A program made the position numbers and the translations under genes. Source: Chlorokybus atmophyticus (Eukaryota; Plantae; Mesostigma and Chlorokybus algae). Taken from it: DNA of 64,000 bases. How positions within the stretch are numbered: position 1 is the stretch's first letter; each line of letters starts with the position of its first letter. Positions 12,904 to 27,148 of the stretch are shown here, piece after piece. Where the stretch lies: assembly GCA_009103225.1 (NCBI GenBank), contig RHPI01003366.1:62001-126000 (forward strand), given 5' to 3'. The notes beneath the pieces are model-generated. The model was not told the origin of the DNA, did not search any database, and saw nothing but the letters and a program-made list of their open reading frames with translations.

Positions 12904-15900
12904 TCAACAGCTGAGAACCTCATTCAAAAACACAGCGAACGTAGTGATCCACCTGTTGGTTGCGTGCTCATTAATGCACTGCCTCTCGACAGCATATGTT
13001 TGCGAGTTGATCTGGCAAACCTGCCAGGTAGAAACAAAGTCAGCTTACTGGCACTGATGCCTCTGGTTTGGGTTGATGAAGGCGCGCTTCTAACCACGTG
13101 ACGATGCCACGTTGGCTCAGACTCCTCACATGTGTGTGCAGTGACATACCCGACAGAACACAACAACACATGACGCCAATGCCTCATACCAGCTGCTTGA
13201 CGCAGTCTCCCTCGCATGGTTCAGCCGGCCGATCCGCGCTCTCATGAAACAAAAACCTCTCCCTGACACCAGAATCTTCGCCAAGCCTGCGCGCGAGCTC
13301 TGCGAACACTCTTGGCGAGAGCGAGCTCGCGTTGTACTCTTTGGAGAAAGCATATGACGTTTTCCACTGAAGCTCGGACGGCGATGAGGCGTTGCGGTTT
13401 GAAGCTGCCAAGTCCAGCCTGCATGTGGCAAGCAAGGTTTGCATCTGCATGTGTGAGTGCTTGCGCACGCATACCTGCGTGCATGCAAGCGTGCACGCAT
13501 GCAAACGCACGCACATGTACATGCGTGCTTGCGTGCGTGCATTGAGTACACTGTTGTGGACATATGCAGCAGTCGACAAGCGCTTACGTATATTGCGTGT
13601 AGTTCAGCACCTCGCCAGTGTTCACGTCGTAATCAAACACGCGCGCGGATGGGTTTCTGCTCGTGTACGGCGTCACCGACCCCGTCATCAACGCCACACC
13701 CAAAGGCCCTACACAACCCACATTGTAAGTACTTCATGCACGCCTTCCATTCAACACTCGAATGAATGCACACGTACGTGTGAGCGTGGTACTGTCATAA
13801 AACAGGTGGAAGTGGTCTCTATGCGTGTGTCCGAAAGCTTGAAGCGCAATAATGGCATGAAACTCCTCCACAATGTTGGAATACCGCCTCGAGTATCGCA
13901 CGTAAAACGTCCCGTCTCCGGGCGGGATGTGTCCGATAATCACCACACGTTCATTTGCAACCCTCGCAGAGGTCAACACTCTCTCCAACCACGCAAACTG
14001 CCCCGCGGGGTCGTGTTCGGCTTCGGAGCCATCCAGGACATACCAATTGAACAAGTCGTAAAAAAGGGTGTTGAGAGAGACTATACGCAAGCTCGGGTTA
14101 TGCAATGCGGAGTAATAACCCCCCGCGAGCACTGTCTCTTTGCATTCGAGTGGCAACCAACGCGACCACGCTGACCATGCCGCCTCGTACAACCAATCGG
14201 TCGCCGGCGCCTTAGGGAACTGAATAGCGAAACGTTGTTGCTAATGGTACTACGCATGTCCTACACACGTCGCTAGGTTGGCAATGTGTTTTGCTTGCCT
14301 GGTCTGCAGGCACGCCTTCGTGGTTGCCGAACGACGCATAAACCTTCTTCCCCGCGAAAGCAGCACCGAAGCGAGCCGAGAAGTCCTTCAGATGCGCCAC
14401 GCTGTCCTCTCGCGTGCCTATCGCACACACACAGTCACTGGCATCAAGTAAACAGGGCTTGCTTATCCACCCACACGCACACACGCACTGCACATACCCT
14501 TCCATATAATGTGGGGCACAAGGTCCCCCGTGAAGACGACAAAATCAACGCCAACATCCTCTCCTTCAGCTTTGCCAAATGTGCCCAACATGGAGTCCAA
14601 TAATGGAGCGGGGGCATCGCATCGATAATCTCCCCATCTGAGGAGAGAGACAAAGGGCACAACAACGACGGCGTGTCACGCACATGTTGGGTGATCGTGA
14701 AACACACTCACTACCTGCCTGCGGCTGCGGATGGAGAAGCGGGCACGCCATCCGTCGCGTGGCAGCAGAGTGGCAGTCCACACATTGCGTTGGCACCCGC
14801 TCGATACTCGAAATCCATGTGTATGTCGGTCACATGCAAAAACTTCCCAACATGACCACTTGCCCTCCTGTCAGTCAATGCCGTCCTTCTCTCTCGTCCG
14901 TGAGATGTTGTTGTTGTTGTTGTTGTTGTTGTTGCGTCCTTCTCGTCGGGTGGGAACCACGAGGGTTCGGGTTGTTGTCCACTCCCTCGCTCAAAGGCGC
15001 ATCCCGAGGCGGTGGAGTTGTCGTCGGGGCAGAAGCCGAGCTTGGCGCACACGAAGTGAGAGTCCAACGCACGTTTGGACAGCAATGGAAGCACGATGGG
15101 GCCGTACGCCTCAATAGCACCCTTGCACTGTGAGACAACAACTCAGTCTCACACCAGATTGGATGAAGAGAGACACTCTCATGCTCGTTCACGCACGCGC
15201 CAAGCTTTGCGTACCACTTGTGCTGGTGCCAGGCGGAGGTTTACGCATGTGGGTATGGCGACGTATTGGATGAAGATTGTCTGCGCCGCGGGTGAGGTGG
15301 GGGGCAGGTTGCGTGCGAGGGCGACGGCGTACTCGCACGCGCTGCACGACAGCGACGCACGCGCCAGCAAAGGACTCAAAGGCTGCCAGCCGGACTCGTA
15401 CTCGTGAAGCCCCTCCTGCATGCGTAGGGATGTTGGGATGTGTACCAATCCTTGCAGGCATGCCAGTTGTGGATTGAGATGTCACAATTCCTGTGAATGG
15501 TGCGCAAATGATGACCATGTGGTTGCCTTGGATGGCCAGTGATTGCGGTGCAGGTGTGAGTCGCACAACACGTATGTGTGGTGAGAGGTCAGAAGCAGTT
15601 GCACGCATGCGCATATGCAAGCAACCCAGCCGTCGACAACTGACCGCTGTGACCGTGCTTGCTCGTGCCTGCCTGTAGCAGCTGGGTTGTATGGTGACAT
15701 GCATGCCGCAGCATACCATACCAGCAGCTTCATCAAACCGCTTCACACACGGTTTCAACCGCAAAGATGGATACGTACACGCAACCTGTGGTTTTTGATG
15801 CTGTTCTGCTCCCTTACCTGGCGCATGCCATCGCCATCATCACCACCAACGACCTCCTGCAGCAGCAGCTCCACCTGAGCGGATGCATGAGCGCTGGCGA

Positions 15901-15970
15901 GCGGCAGGAGGCGGAGGAGGAGGAGGAGGAGGAGGAGGGGGAAGACAAGAGCGAGGGATTGTGCGTGCAT
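12904..15970 (-). CDS. Acid sphingomyelinase-like calcineurin-family phosphodiesterase with signal peptide and saposin-B domain
   Basis: Signal peptide MHAQSLALVFPLLLLLLLL. Saposin Cys pattern CSACEYAV...C...CKGAIEAYGP...VCAKLGFCP. All five metallophosphoesterase motifs are present: TDIHMD, TGDLVPH, GNHE, GHIPP, FGHTH. Also CGLPLCC, WGDYRCDAP and a Cys-rich C-terminus CEGDCVKQL/VCQINSQTYAVERQC. Confidence 0.9.
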
Positions 15971-16140
15971 TGTGCAGGTAGAGTGGGGCAGGATGGGGAA
16001 GGCTGCGACGAAGCCGCCGCCCCTTCAGCGACGACAATGACGACCGTGGTGCCAACACCAGGCCTCATGTGGGAAGCCAGATTTGGTTCGCAACCCGATC
16101 GCTAACAGAAGCCCCATGACGCAGAAGCAAATTCCTCAGG

Positions 16141-16228
16141 GACCCCCCCCCCCCCCCCCTTGTCAAAACCCTGCNNNNNNNNNNNNNNNNNCCCCCCCCC
16201 CTTTTGTCAAAACCCTGCCAACTATACA
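16141..16228. other. Assembly gap (17 N, 16175-16191) flanked by poly-C and duplicated TTGTCAAAACCCTGC
   Basis: The same poly-C + ttgtcaaaaccctgc string occurs on both sides of the N run. Confidence 0.9.
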
Positions 16229-16329
16229 ACAACAGTTGATTGTCACAAGATATACATACCGGTAGGGTGCACATGTCACCAAAGGTGAGCCACCAAAAAC
16301 CCAGCACAAACCGTAAGAAGCCCTCTTCT

Positions 16330-17400
16330 AGTTATAATCTCTTCAGACTTTTTGGCATAATATATCATCTACACAATTTGTGATTGTTTAATGTTTCTTC
16401 GTGATGATTTATGCATGTAAATGTATGCACCGTTACTGTTACACATAATGTTTTAATGCATATTCTAATTGCAAATGGTTTGCCCGCCTAAAATAGGACA
16501 ACCTTTTGCAAACACTTTCAATGCAATCGTATTTTAACATATTATCTTTACGCAGATATTCGTGTGTTGATCCTTTTGCATTCATATTGGTAGTCACATA
16601 TTATGCGTGGCTTGATTGCTACATGGCTTGCTATCTACTTTGGAGTTTGCTCCATGCAACTTTTGTGTGTTATCATGCGCATGTGATAATGACTGTTACG
16701 AATATATTAGCGCTTGCTACAAGCAAACAATGTTTTCACTCATGTAGCGTATGTAAATCTACTCAAACCAAATTTTGAGAAATGCCATGATACGAAGCTT
16801 ATCTCGTGCAGATATGCATGAGGCTTACATACATTGTAGGTACATACTTATACACGTGGATCCGTCATAAACGATTTGAGGAGTACCGAGTACCTGATCA
16901 ATTGTAGTACACGGGCCGATGACTTATCATCCCGTGTAAAGCAATGAGTGCCCATTAGTTAATGTAAGAGCAACCGTCTTATTATTGATGATGTGATGTG
17001 TATGTCTACTTGAATTTCGGGCCCCTTTGGTATGACCTATTGCAACCGAACCTAAGAACTTGGTTACAACTTATATAAATATGTAACCCCCAAGTTGCCA
17101 TCTAACAAACACTATGACAATATTATATTTACTCAGTTCTAGCAAATGCATTGATTCATATGCCAAACATGAGTCACGTGTCTTGTAGCGTATGAATTGA
17201 GGACCCCATACTTGCAGTCACGCATAGAAAGGACAAAACATTGATGTTTGGGTCAAGTCCTTATGCGGTTATTGAAGCCTGTTACGCCATTCGCATATGA
17301 AGGGATGTAAGATTGCAGACCTTTGTAAGATGATGTCACGATTTGTTCTAAGCGTAAAGACTGAATCTTTGTACATCTTGAGAAATTAACTTAACAATGC
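16330..17400. repeat. AT-rich, CpG-poor intergenic block, probably a decayed repeat/TE remnant
   Basis: Visible drop in GC relative to the flanking genes, many TG/CA dinucleotides and no long ORF. Confidence 0.35.
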
Positions 17401-18302
17401 GCGGTTTGTTGAGCGCCACGTCTTGTTGTGAAGCCTTCACGTTTGCGTAAGCGATTTCTAAATTGTTGAGTTATGTATCGCATATCTGCATTCGGTAACG
17501 CACTTTCATGGCTGGTCAACACGCACGAGCACACACTTGGCCGCAGCATCAGTCTGTGAACAATAAGCGCAAGCAATCTGATAGTAACTCTCATGGTCGC
17601 AGTATTGCTGTTGGAGCGTTGTCAGAGCCTAGCATAACTTGTAACCATATGCGCATTTGTGCAGCATGGTTTGCAAGTTGAAACATATATGTGCGACACG
17701 GCACTCGCATGCACATGCATGGTTCACTGTCACATGCACATGAATAGGGCAACTGCAGTGCATCTCAGACACGCACAGCATAGCATACACCTCTACCTCT
17801 GCCATTGCTGCTCGCCTAGATGTCAAGCGCGCACGCCCACTGGACAATACCCCGATGTGCACTCAGGCAAACACACCGCATTGACAACCATAAACGTGCA
17901 GCACGCATGTGCACATCACACTTCTGCGCGCGCCCCATATTGCACTTTGCTACCGCTTCTTGCTGAGTCGTCTAATGCACACGCCGTTTAGGCAAGACCT
18001 ATGCATACGCAAGCTTGTGCATGCAAACTTCCTGCAGATGGATCAGCTTCAGCTTCACACATCATAGCCGCGCATCACTCGCAGGTTGCAATAAACCGCC
18101 CAATGCTGTCACAGCATGACGTGATGATAGTCATAACTCACCCACAATAGATGGCATGATCCTCACACACCAAGCGCACTGTATCAAACAAACTCTCACC
18201 TGGTTTGCAAGCAGATGCGGGGATGAAAGCGATGTTGCCTCTGTACAAGTAGGGCAATACCAGCACGGCATGGCAGACATCCAGTCAAGCGCAAAAGCCT
18301 CA

Positions 18303-21300
18303 CTAACTCTGCTGCTGGCTTGCCGTCCTGCCAAGCAATGCGTTTATCAGATTTGTTCAGCACGGGTGAGCGTGTGACTAGATGCACATACGCATGCACG
18401 CGGGCGTTCTTGCGCGTGCGTGCATGGCTGTGTTATCCCCACCATTGCTTACCACACTTGTCGGCAGCGCACGGCCTCCCTCCTCACCCCGCGCTTCCGG
18501 TCATCCAACGCCCTACCCAACCCTCTCAACACCTGCACACCACAACACATGAAGGAGCACAGTCACCACACGCACGCACGCACGCACGGCTAGGCACCCA
18601 CTCCCACACGCACACCTGCCCGCGATACGGGTACGTCCCCGCGTGTCCGATGGCTCCCGCGGCCGCGCACAGGCACTGCATCGCCGTCTCTCTCACCCTC
18701 GCGGACGCCTCGAACCTCGCCGCCGCCAGCAGCCTGTCCACGACCGACGCCGCGTGCTGGACCAACAGAGAATGGCTGCCGTTATCGGTGAGGAAGACAG
18801 AAAGGAGAAGGAGCGCGTTGTGGAGAGCCTCCGCCGTTGCGGACGTAAGCGACGACGATGCTTGAGATGAGACGGGAGTGGACAGCACCCGCAACGCATC
18901 CAGCAGAGGGCCCAACAACTGAGACAAGGGGATGCATGTTGCCGTCAGACAGTCTGTACAACGCGCACGCGCACGCAACAAGAACAAACCTGTTGTGCGT
19001 GTTGCTTCAGCACTCCCGGCGGGGTCTCTTTCCCCATCCCAACCAAAGCCGCATACACGGGCCCCTTTCTCTCCTCATCGGCCTCGCGCGCACGTGCCAA
19101 TACAGTCCCGATCATCGTGGAGAAGAACCTTTGCTGATAGAGTGGTTTTACGATAGCGTGGGACTCTCTACTCAACGCGTCGGATGAGGAGGAAGAGGGA
19201 GACACGATGAAGGCAAAGGCGCGCGCGGCTTCGTATGAAAGTGTGGGGTTGAGAGAGGAGGAGGTTGTGACGACATCGAGGAGACGGGTGGCGATTTTGG
19301 TCGTGCGGGGGTGAGCGCGCAGGGCGAGGGATCTCGATATCCATGCGAGGGTGGTGATGCTCTTGCTCGAGTGCGTGTTGGTGGCGGCGATATCGGCGAG
19401 GGCGCGGCTAATATATGTGTCGATGATCTCGCTGTCCCCGCATTTGTTAACTATCGATGCAATGGCGTGGGTTGCAGCATTAACGGGAGCGGTATCGCTC
19501 TCGTCATCACTGCCGCGAGGCAGGGTGATGAAAGCGGTGTATCGATCGACCAGCTGCGATACCAATGGCACCGTCGTGGATATCTCTGGCCGCAAAGCCA
19601 CCACCGCCGCAGACGACATTGATACCACAACGTCCTCGGAGACCTTCGATGACAAAGTCAGTCACACAAGAAGACCAAAAAGATACGATGCAATGCGCTA
19701 TCCCGCGATCACACCTGTGTTTGTTGGAGTAGGTCACACAGGCCTTGCTTGACAACAGCCCGTTGCGAGTCGGGGCCGAGCCGCTGCACACAAGCGCGCA
19801 CGGCCTCGCCTGCCGCTCCCACCCATCGCGAGGACAACGTCGATGATGACGATGCTGATTGTGGTGAAAGCAGAAGACGCAGCGCCAGTTGGCGCAACGG
19901 CTGGTCTTCGGCCTGACCGCACCTGTAATGATGATACCAATCAGCCTTGCAACGAACGTATGCACCTGACGTGTAGCCACATGCTCACGCCGGTATGATC
20001 TTCTGCGCGAGAGACGCCAATACTGCCTCAGCCCGTTCACCATCTTCCACAGACACCTGATGACGAAGTTGAATGAGAGAGAGAGTCAACAACGGGTCCA
20101 GCACGCGTATGCACATACACACAATGAGCCTCCTCCACCTTGTCTGTAAGCGCCGCCAGCACGCGGCGTCTCATTCCCTCCGGCCCGCGCGCGGCCACGT
20201 CCGCTACGATCGCAAGCGCATCGTCGCGGTGATGGGAAGTATTATCGTTGATCCTCGCTAGCGCTGGCACGCAGCAGAGGTCCCACACCGCGCTGCTACC
20301 GTCCTCCCCAACACCTTGACACAAAAGCGGGACACGTAGGTGTGCTGCTCCACATGTGGTTGGGGAGCACAATGACGATATCGGTTCAAAAGGGATACCA
20401 TCGACGCAGGCAAAGAACTCTTTTACTTGCGCATGCGACGAGGGCGTCGAGGGCGGCAGTGCGCTTGTTGTTGTTGTCGTCATGGTTGGTTGAGGATGAT
20501 GTTGACGATGTTGATGATGGCAGCAATAGTGCTGCGAGGGCAGAGACGGCGCGTGTGCGGGCGGCGTGCGGCATGGCGGGTGAAGCGAGCGAGACAGCCG
20601 CGAGCAGACGTGCTGCAGATACTGTGATATCTTCATCCGCAACATCCGCCAGCCTATTGCATGCACACTCTGCTACCTGCGCCATCAGCGCGTCGAAGCT
20701 CGTGTCATCGATGTCATCGCCGCCGTTGTCCACATGCATGCGGTCTCTGCCGCTCGCCGCGTGTGACTGCTTCATGGCCGACAACAGCGACGCCAGCAGT
20801 GTCATCGCTGTGCACATACACACACACATGAGCACACAGTCATGTGGTCAAAGTGAGAAGTCACACACCTGCTGCTTCATGCTTGGTTGTAACAGCATCC
20901 AACACCTTCGGCGCCACAGCCCCAACAATCCACCTTCCACTTCCTTCACTCCCTTTCGCCGCCGCCATAAGCATAATCTCCCCCCCTCGCCTCACATATA
21001 CACCCACATCACTCCCAAGTCCATTAATCACATCCCTCAGACGCAGCGCCCTGGCCGCGGCGTCGATATCGTCCCCGGCCGCCGCCACCATCGCCGTCAC
21101 GCATGCCGCCGCGGCGGGTATATCGGAGTCGGGGGAGGAGGCGAGCTCGAGACTCAGCGCGTCGGCGATATCGGAGGCGTAGCGAGCGATGTCGGGGTGG
21201 AAGGGACAGCGTGTGAGCAGCGTGCGGAGCACATGGAGTGCGCTGGCCTGGCGGGTGTGATGGTGGTGAGAGTGTGACACACGTAAACACACGATAGGTG

Positions 21301-23196
21301 AGAGGGGCTTGCTTTGCTTGCAGCTTCATCATGGCGTACCTACCTTTGCGGAGGTGAGCGTGGATGAGAGCTTCTCCAGCACCATCGGTATGACGTGGGG
21401 AGCGAACACGCGCGAAGCCGTCATCGCATCCTGTGCACAAGGTGCTTCTATTCAAATGATAATCACAGTGTGATGTCATGGTATGAGGGGTTGCTGGTTA
21501 CTACAATGTTGCCTCCCTTCTCAGGTGCACTCACTGTCAAAGCGTCCTCGAGCATGTCTTTGGTCACGCCGTACGGGTCACCGGGAGGCTGCATTGACGA
21601 GAGACACACCACACATAATCACTCACACCACAACAGCCACATATGCGCACGAGTAACACGCGTGTGTGCGAGGGAATGCCGCATCCTCACAGGTGTGAAC
21701 GTGATTGGGAAGTAGCACGCGAGCACGTCCGCCACCTCCTCCGCGGCCTCCATAAGAATGTGGTTGTTGCCATCGCCCCCGAGTGCAGTCGGCAGCAGAG
21801 ATATCAGCGAGAAGGCCACCAGCAAGCAGCGCGGGTCCTTCTCGCCGTCCACCGCCGCCAACACGCCCTCCACCAACAACGAACCCTGCGTGTTGACACA
21901 CATGTATGTGTACACGTGCGCGAACACGCTCACGTGTAATGAGCCTATCTGTTACTGTGAGTGACAGATGTACTCACCATTGTGGAAAGCGCGGTGGGAA
22001 AGGATTGCAGCAACGTGTGCATGATCTCGAGGCCAAGCTGTGAGCGAACAAACCAACATGTGAGTGGTATGCGTGAGAGCGCTGAGAGTGCCAACACCTT
22101 GCATGCAACAAACCACCTTGCGGTCTCTGAGTGGGAGGCTTTGGATGTGGCACTCGGCAAAGATGCGCTCCGCTATGCCCTTTGCCACCGCGTCCAATGC
22201 CGTTGATGATAAAGGCGAGGATGAGGGTGGAGATGTTGATAGAGACGCCAGTTGCCGTGTGCACGCGTGCGTCCCTGCCAGCGCGCTCGATAGCGACGGG
22301 TAATCCGCCTGCACGTGCTCATGTATGTGCACGTGTACCAGTGCGTGCGTGTGCGTGTCAGCCACCAGAGTGTGCACACGCATGCGCGTGCATGCATGTG
22401 TGCGCATCTGCCTGTGCTCTTGCTTGATGCTGCTGCAATCGATACCAGTCTGCTGGTGAAGAACTGCGTGATGGCTGCGAGCTGCGGCAGCGTGTTGTGG
22501 GAGAGTTGGTTGAAAGGGGCTCCCGACTCCACGCAGCGGGCCAGCAGCAGGACACCTGGTGGAAAAGATAGACAGGCAGTTGGTTCCAATGCTGCGAAGA
22601 GGTGATATGTAGCCCTCTGTTCTGTGTGACTTACCTCGCGAGCGGATTGCGGGGATGTCCGATGCCAGCACCTCGTCCATGGACAGCACCTGCGATGTTT
22701 GGGGTGGTGACAATGCGTCACATGTACACACGCAGCGTGTGCGTAGGCGGGTTGGGCGTGCGGTTACATGTTCATCACATGCGCGTGTGTGCGTGTGCTT
22801 GGTGCAAACAGCATGCATGCATGCATGCATGCATGCAATCAACATTCAGTGCCGTCGTGTACCAGTTGTTGAAGACTGAGTCCAGATAAAGCACTGCTGC
22901 TGCTGCTGCTGGTAATCCCCTCAACCAGCTGAGCCAGACTCCGCTCCTGAGAGAAGAAAACAGGGAGACGCAACGCAAACAATCAGATGCGGTGTGACAT
23001 GCCATGCAGAAATGCACGCAAAACTGCCAACATTGTGTGCAAGTCTCGTGCGATATGCCATGCCTTCAAGTCGCCCTGAATCTCGTCGCACAACCTCTGT
23101 ATCTGTACCTGGGCGTCGGCGTCCGCGTCTGGGTCGCAGAAGACGTCCACAAGGCGCTTCACCTGCGTGTCTGCGTCGGCATCCTCCGCCGCCATC
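18303..23196 (-). CDS. MMS19: MMS19/MET18 cytosolic iron-sulfur assembly HEAT-repeat protein, multi-exon
   Basis: N-terminal motif LAAVDGEKDPRCLLVAF...EEVADVLACYFPITFTP and C-terminal motif YPYRGQ/VLRGLGRALDDRKRGVRREAVRCRQVW. The ATG at 23196 (MAAEDADADTQVKRLV) is inferred. Confidence 0.92.
22811..22836. repeat. Self-complementary (GCAT)n microsatellite in an MMS19 intron
   Basis: gcatgcatgcatgcatgcatgcatgc. Confidence 0.85.
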
Positions 23197-24180
23197 GCCA
23201 CCGCCGCCGCCGCCGCCGCCAAGGCAATGCCCAGCTAGTTGCAGGGGAATCGACATAACGATACATGCTACAGGAATCGGGTGCCGTTCTTGTGTGACAG
23301 CAACATGAGTGTGGTCTGTGATCTGGAAAACCGATGCAGAGCCTTTTTTGGTTGAATGGCAATCTGTGCACAAGTTGACACAGTGAGCTGGAGGTAGGTG
23401 GACATATAAGCAGAAAGATGAGACTGCAAGTAAACAACAGGCACACGCGCATTGCTACATTCGTATCTGCGTGCTTGAGATAGGTGCATTATTGGTCACT
23501 GATGCGTGGAAGTGTTTAAGGCTTTAATGATAGTCCGTGTCACAGCACTAGTTGCATGATATTGACGGATGCAATCACAGCATGCATTCACCTATACCCC
23601 ATGCATTGTAGCTTGCAAGCCACTCTTGTGATAGTGCTCATATTGCCCATGCTATGTCTACACGCAATCTCTTGGAAGGCAGTCCCTACAATGTGTGTAT
23701 CACACGAGCGTGTGTCAGTGCCAAAAAGATGCAGGCTTGAATCAACAACCACTGGGCACACAACTCTAGGGTGGCTCTCTGGGTAAGGAATTGGTGCATT
23801 CAACCTTCAGAGCAACCATGTTGGATCAGAATGTCAGTGTTGACATTGCACCGACCAATGGACAAATGCCACTTGTCGCAAGTCGTAAGCAACACAACTG
23901 AAGAAAATAAAGTCCAACCTTGTCTCTTCAGCTCACACCCGCGCAATCAACCAAATATGGAGAACTGAAGATGGACAACTCCAAAACTATTAGGCACTAC
24001 ATCTGTGACTATTATTACTACAGAAGCGTGACCACTTATTACTGCCAAGTAGTGCTTCAGGCAGTGCAGGCGGGTTTGCCAGCCACCTGGCCAGCACCAG
24101 CGCAGGTGCATTGTGATTGATGTAAGCGCACAGCGACTCTCTTCCAAAATGCTCCCTCCCTGTGTGCGTGTTTCACCTGC

Positions 24181-25454
24181 CTATTTCTTGGAGAAACCCA
24201 ACCCGTTCTCTTCGGCAAACCTGTTCATGAAGCGCATGAACCTACATCACAAGCGAGCAACAAGATGTAAGCATTTGCCAGCAACATCATGAAGGCGAAT
24301 TTGAGCACAGAAGCTATTGCAAGAGACCTGTCCCATTCGCGGGTATTGCGGAGGGCGAGGCGTGCTTCAATGCGTGTGGGCTTGCCATTGACGAACTTGG
24401 CTGAGACGTCCACTGTGGACAACTCCCCCTCCTCGTCGATGATGTACATGCCCGTGATATCTCCCAGCTCGCCTGCTGCCTCAAACACCGCCGGTTGCTG
24501 TGCGCAAGACAACACATTTCGTCATATTTGGCACACAACAATGGTGGGCATTCAATTCTCCGTTCTTTCTCAAGTGCACACAGTGCTAATGTCTTTTCAC
24601 AAATTACTGCTGTTGGTGCAGCCGACGACAGGGAGCACGTGCTTCTCAGCAGGTGTGCAATGCAATCGTGACACGCATCTCGCGCACAAGTACTATTCAC
24701 AATGTGTTGGTTGCTCACTACAATGCAATGCGACTGACAATTGCCGCCAGCAGCAGCAGCCATTGCGTGCACGCACGCACTCACGTCAAAGAGGAAGATG
24801 GCTGAGCCGTTGCTGCCATCCCTTGAGCGGGTAAGGCGCACGTCCGGTATGCACGGCTCATCAATACCACGGATGAACTGGATGGTTGTCGAAGGAGACG
24901 ATGAGGTGGAAGAAGAAGACGACTGTGCCGCCTGCTGCTGCTCCGCCACCGCCCTCGTCAACGCCCTGCTGCTGCTCCGCCTCTGCGACTGCTGAGACCG
25001 CTTCAAAGCCGCCGCATTGCTCCCGCTGTCCCGCACGCCTGCCAGCCTCAACCTGCTCGCAGCCAAGAACCGAACAATGACACAGACACAGAGTTTTGGC
25101 TCTCTCCTTTCACTCCTCCAACGAATATTTGCTTTGGTTGTGCGACCGCAACCAACACTGCTTTGCTGCTTTGGCTGCTCCGGTCTTAGCACAATGCGCT
25201 CACCTGGCGGAGGAGGCGGCGACCAGTGACTGCTGCTGTGCGCTGCGGCGAGTGCTGCTCTGCGCTGCAATTGCTGTCTGGGGTGCCTACGGACAGGAGG
25301 TCAGTCGAGTCAGTGCTGGGGTCAGCAAGCGGGTGAGAGAGGGGGAATGCGCAGCAGCTGCCAGCTGGGTACGCGCACAGGAGCACGCGCTGCGGCCACT
25401 CACCGCCAAGGCCACACTGCTCAAAGACGCGACGATGGCCGTGGACGCCGCCAT
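24181..25454 (-). CDS. psb28: Photosystem II assembly factor Psb28, nuclear-encoded with transit peptide
   Basis: [33 protein letters not shown] / [40 protein letters not shown]...EWDR / [19 protein letters not shown]-stop. Ser/Ala/Arg-rich transit peptide starting [17 protein letters not shown]. Confidence 0.95.
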
Positions 25455-27148
25455 TGTGCTGCGCTACTCGCTGACGTCGTCGTCGCCGCCGCCGTCCACA
25501 CCACCACCACTGCCACAAGCACGACCCCAGGCAGCCACGTCGCGGGTGAGGGGCTGAGAGACTGACTGCAAAGTGTGTGGCTGCCTGACAAGATCGATTT
25601 GATCTACTCAAACGCCCCGGCGGCTGTGGAGATAGCCCCTAAATGCCCTACCACACCGTGCCTCATGAGTCATGAGCCATGACGTGTGGCTTATGAGACG
25701 GACTCCAACCAGTTGACTCGGTGAGGGTCTAAATTTGATTGTGCATGTTTTCTTGCGTGGAAGGACTTGGAAGTTGATCAACTTCGTAGAGTTATTGGAT
25801 GTTGTTAGCGCGGTTTTATCACATATTCATAAAATTTATTACACATCCCACATAAGTTGAGGTTCATTGTAACCATTTGTGACGTCGCAATGGGCAACCT
25901 ATTATGGCTAAAAACCCACCTTGTATTGTTGACATTATCAACAAGTCCAAAGTTTGGTGTACGCTTGATTGATAGCACATATCACAAGGTGTAATCATTA
26001 TCGTTGTCAATGATTGTGAAGGATTAAACATGGTTTCGATGTGCATAACCAATGTTTTAAGCTTTTCAACAACAACACATTGGTGCAACATGGCTAAGAC
26101 CTTTTGCACGAAAACGTGGTTTTTATAACATGCCCATAAGTCACATTCATTCGAGTGGCTATATTTGTTAGCTAACTGATCAACATTCATGTGTACGTAT
26201 CAACCAGCATACATCTAAAATGGAATTTAAATGCATGATGAGTTGCAACCAACAATACTTGCATGTTGTAAAAGCATGCAAGTACTGCATCACAAGTAGC
26301 AAATGGCAATTACTACCACTTGTAGTCAGCGACTTTCTACGTGATCACGATGAGGTAATGCACCATCACTTGCCATTTGATGTGAAGAGTGTTCAACACT
26401 CTTCAATTGCATTGTATCAAGTAAAGGAGGTACGTGCCAGCAGGAGTTTGCAGTGCAAAACTCCTTGCAAAGCGCACAAGTATGCCGGGCCACTTGCAGC
26501 ACCACACTCCCCCCACCCCTTGCATGCCCGGCCTTGCTACTGCCTCTGTGTTCGCTTCGGCCCATGTGCTTTAAGTTCAAGGTCTAGTGCTGCTGCTCAT
26601 GCTTACCACCTCCGTCCCGCTTCTCTGCAGCACATTGGCGCAGCACTGCCCCTTGCCCTGCCTTCACCAGAGTCCGTTGTGGTTGCGACGATGTGTTGCA
26701 GTTGACGTTCGGCGCCACACAGCATCGTTCCGCCCATGCAGCAGTGGCGGAAAGCACGGAGTGTGCGTTGTGCATCGCTGCTTGAGGCATGCATGACGAG
26801 GGGCAGGCAATCGGGCAGCGTGAGGAGATGTGGATCTCTTCGTGCAGCAACCGCGCAGGCAGGCAGGCTGGTGGCGCGAGCAACGCCGCCGCCGCCGCCA
26901 CTTGCACGTGACCAGTGCTGCCGCAGGAGTACGTTGCTCAGTTACGGCGTCCCGCCCCGTGACGCTGGCGAGCTGAAGCGTGACCCTCCAATGGCAACTC
27001 GCAGCGCAGATCGCGCCACGTCACCGCTATGGACCCGGACGGAGCGTGACTGCAGCGCAACGCTGCGTTACGCCAGCCAGGCACGCTGGGGCGGGGAGAG
27101 ATGCACGCTCTGCCACGCACCGTGCTGCCGAGAGCGACCACGGGGACC

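Noticed and set aside
16141-16228. Apparent tandem duplication of poly-C + TTGTCAAAACCCTGC
   Set aside because: It straddles an N gap and is most likely overlapping contig ends around a homopolymer (assembly artefact).
17100-17600. Minus-strand frame beginning ACAYCSQTDAAAKC that looked like a decayed ORF
   Set aside because: About 7 stops in ~150 codons is near random expectation for this composition, and no family motif was recognised.
20342-21277. 311-aa plus-strand ORF and similar long antisense ORFs over MMS19, MurE and the sphingomyelinase gene
   Set aside because: Shadow ORFs caused by GC-rich codon usage on the opposite coding strand.
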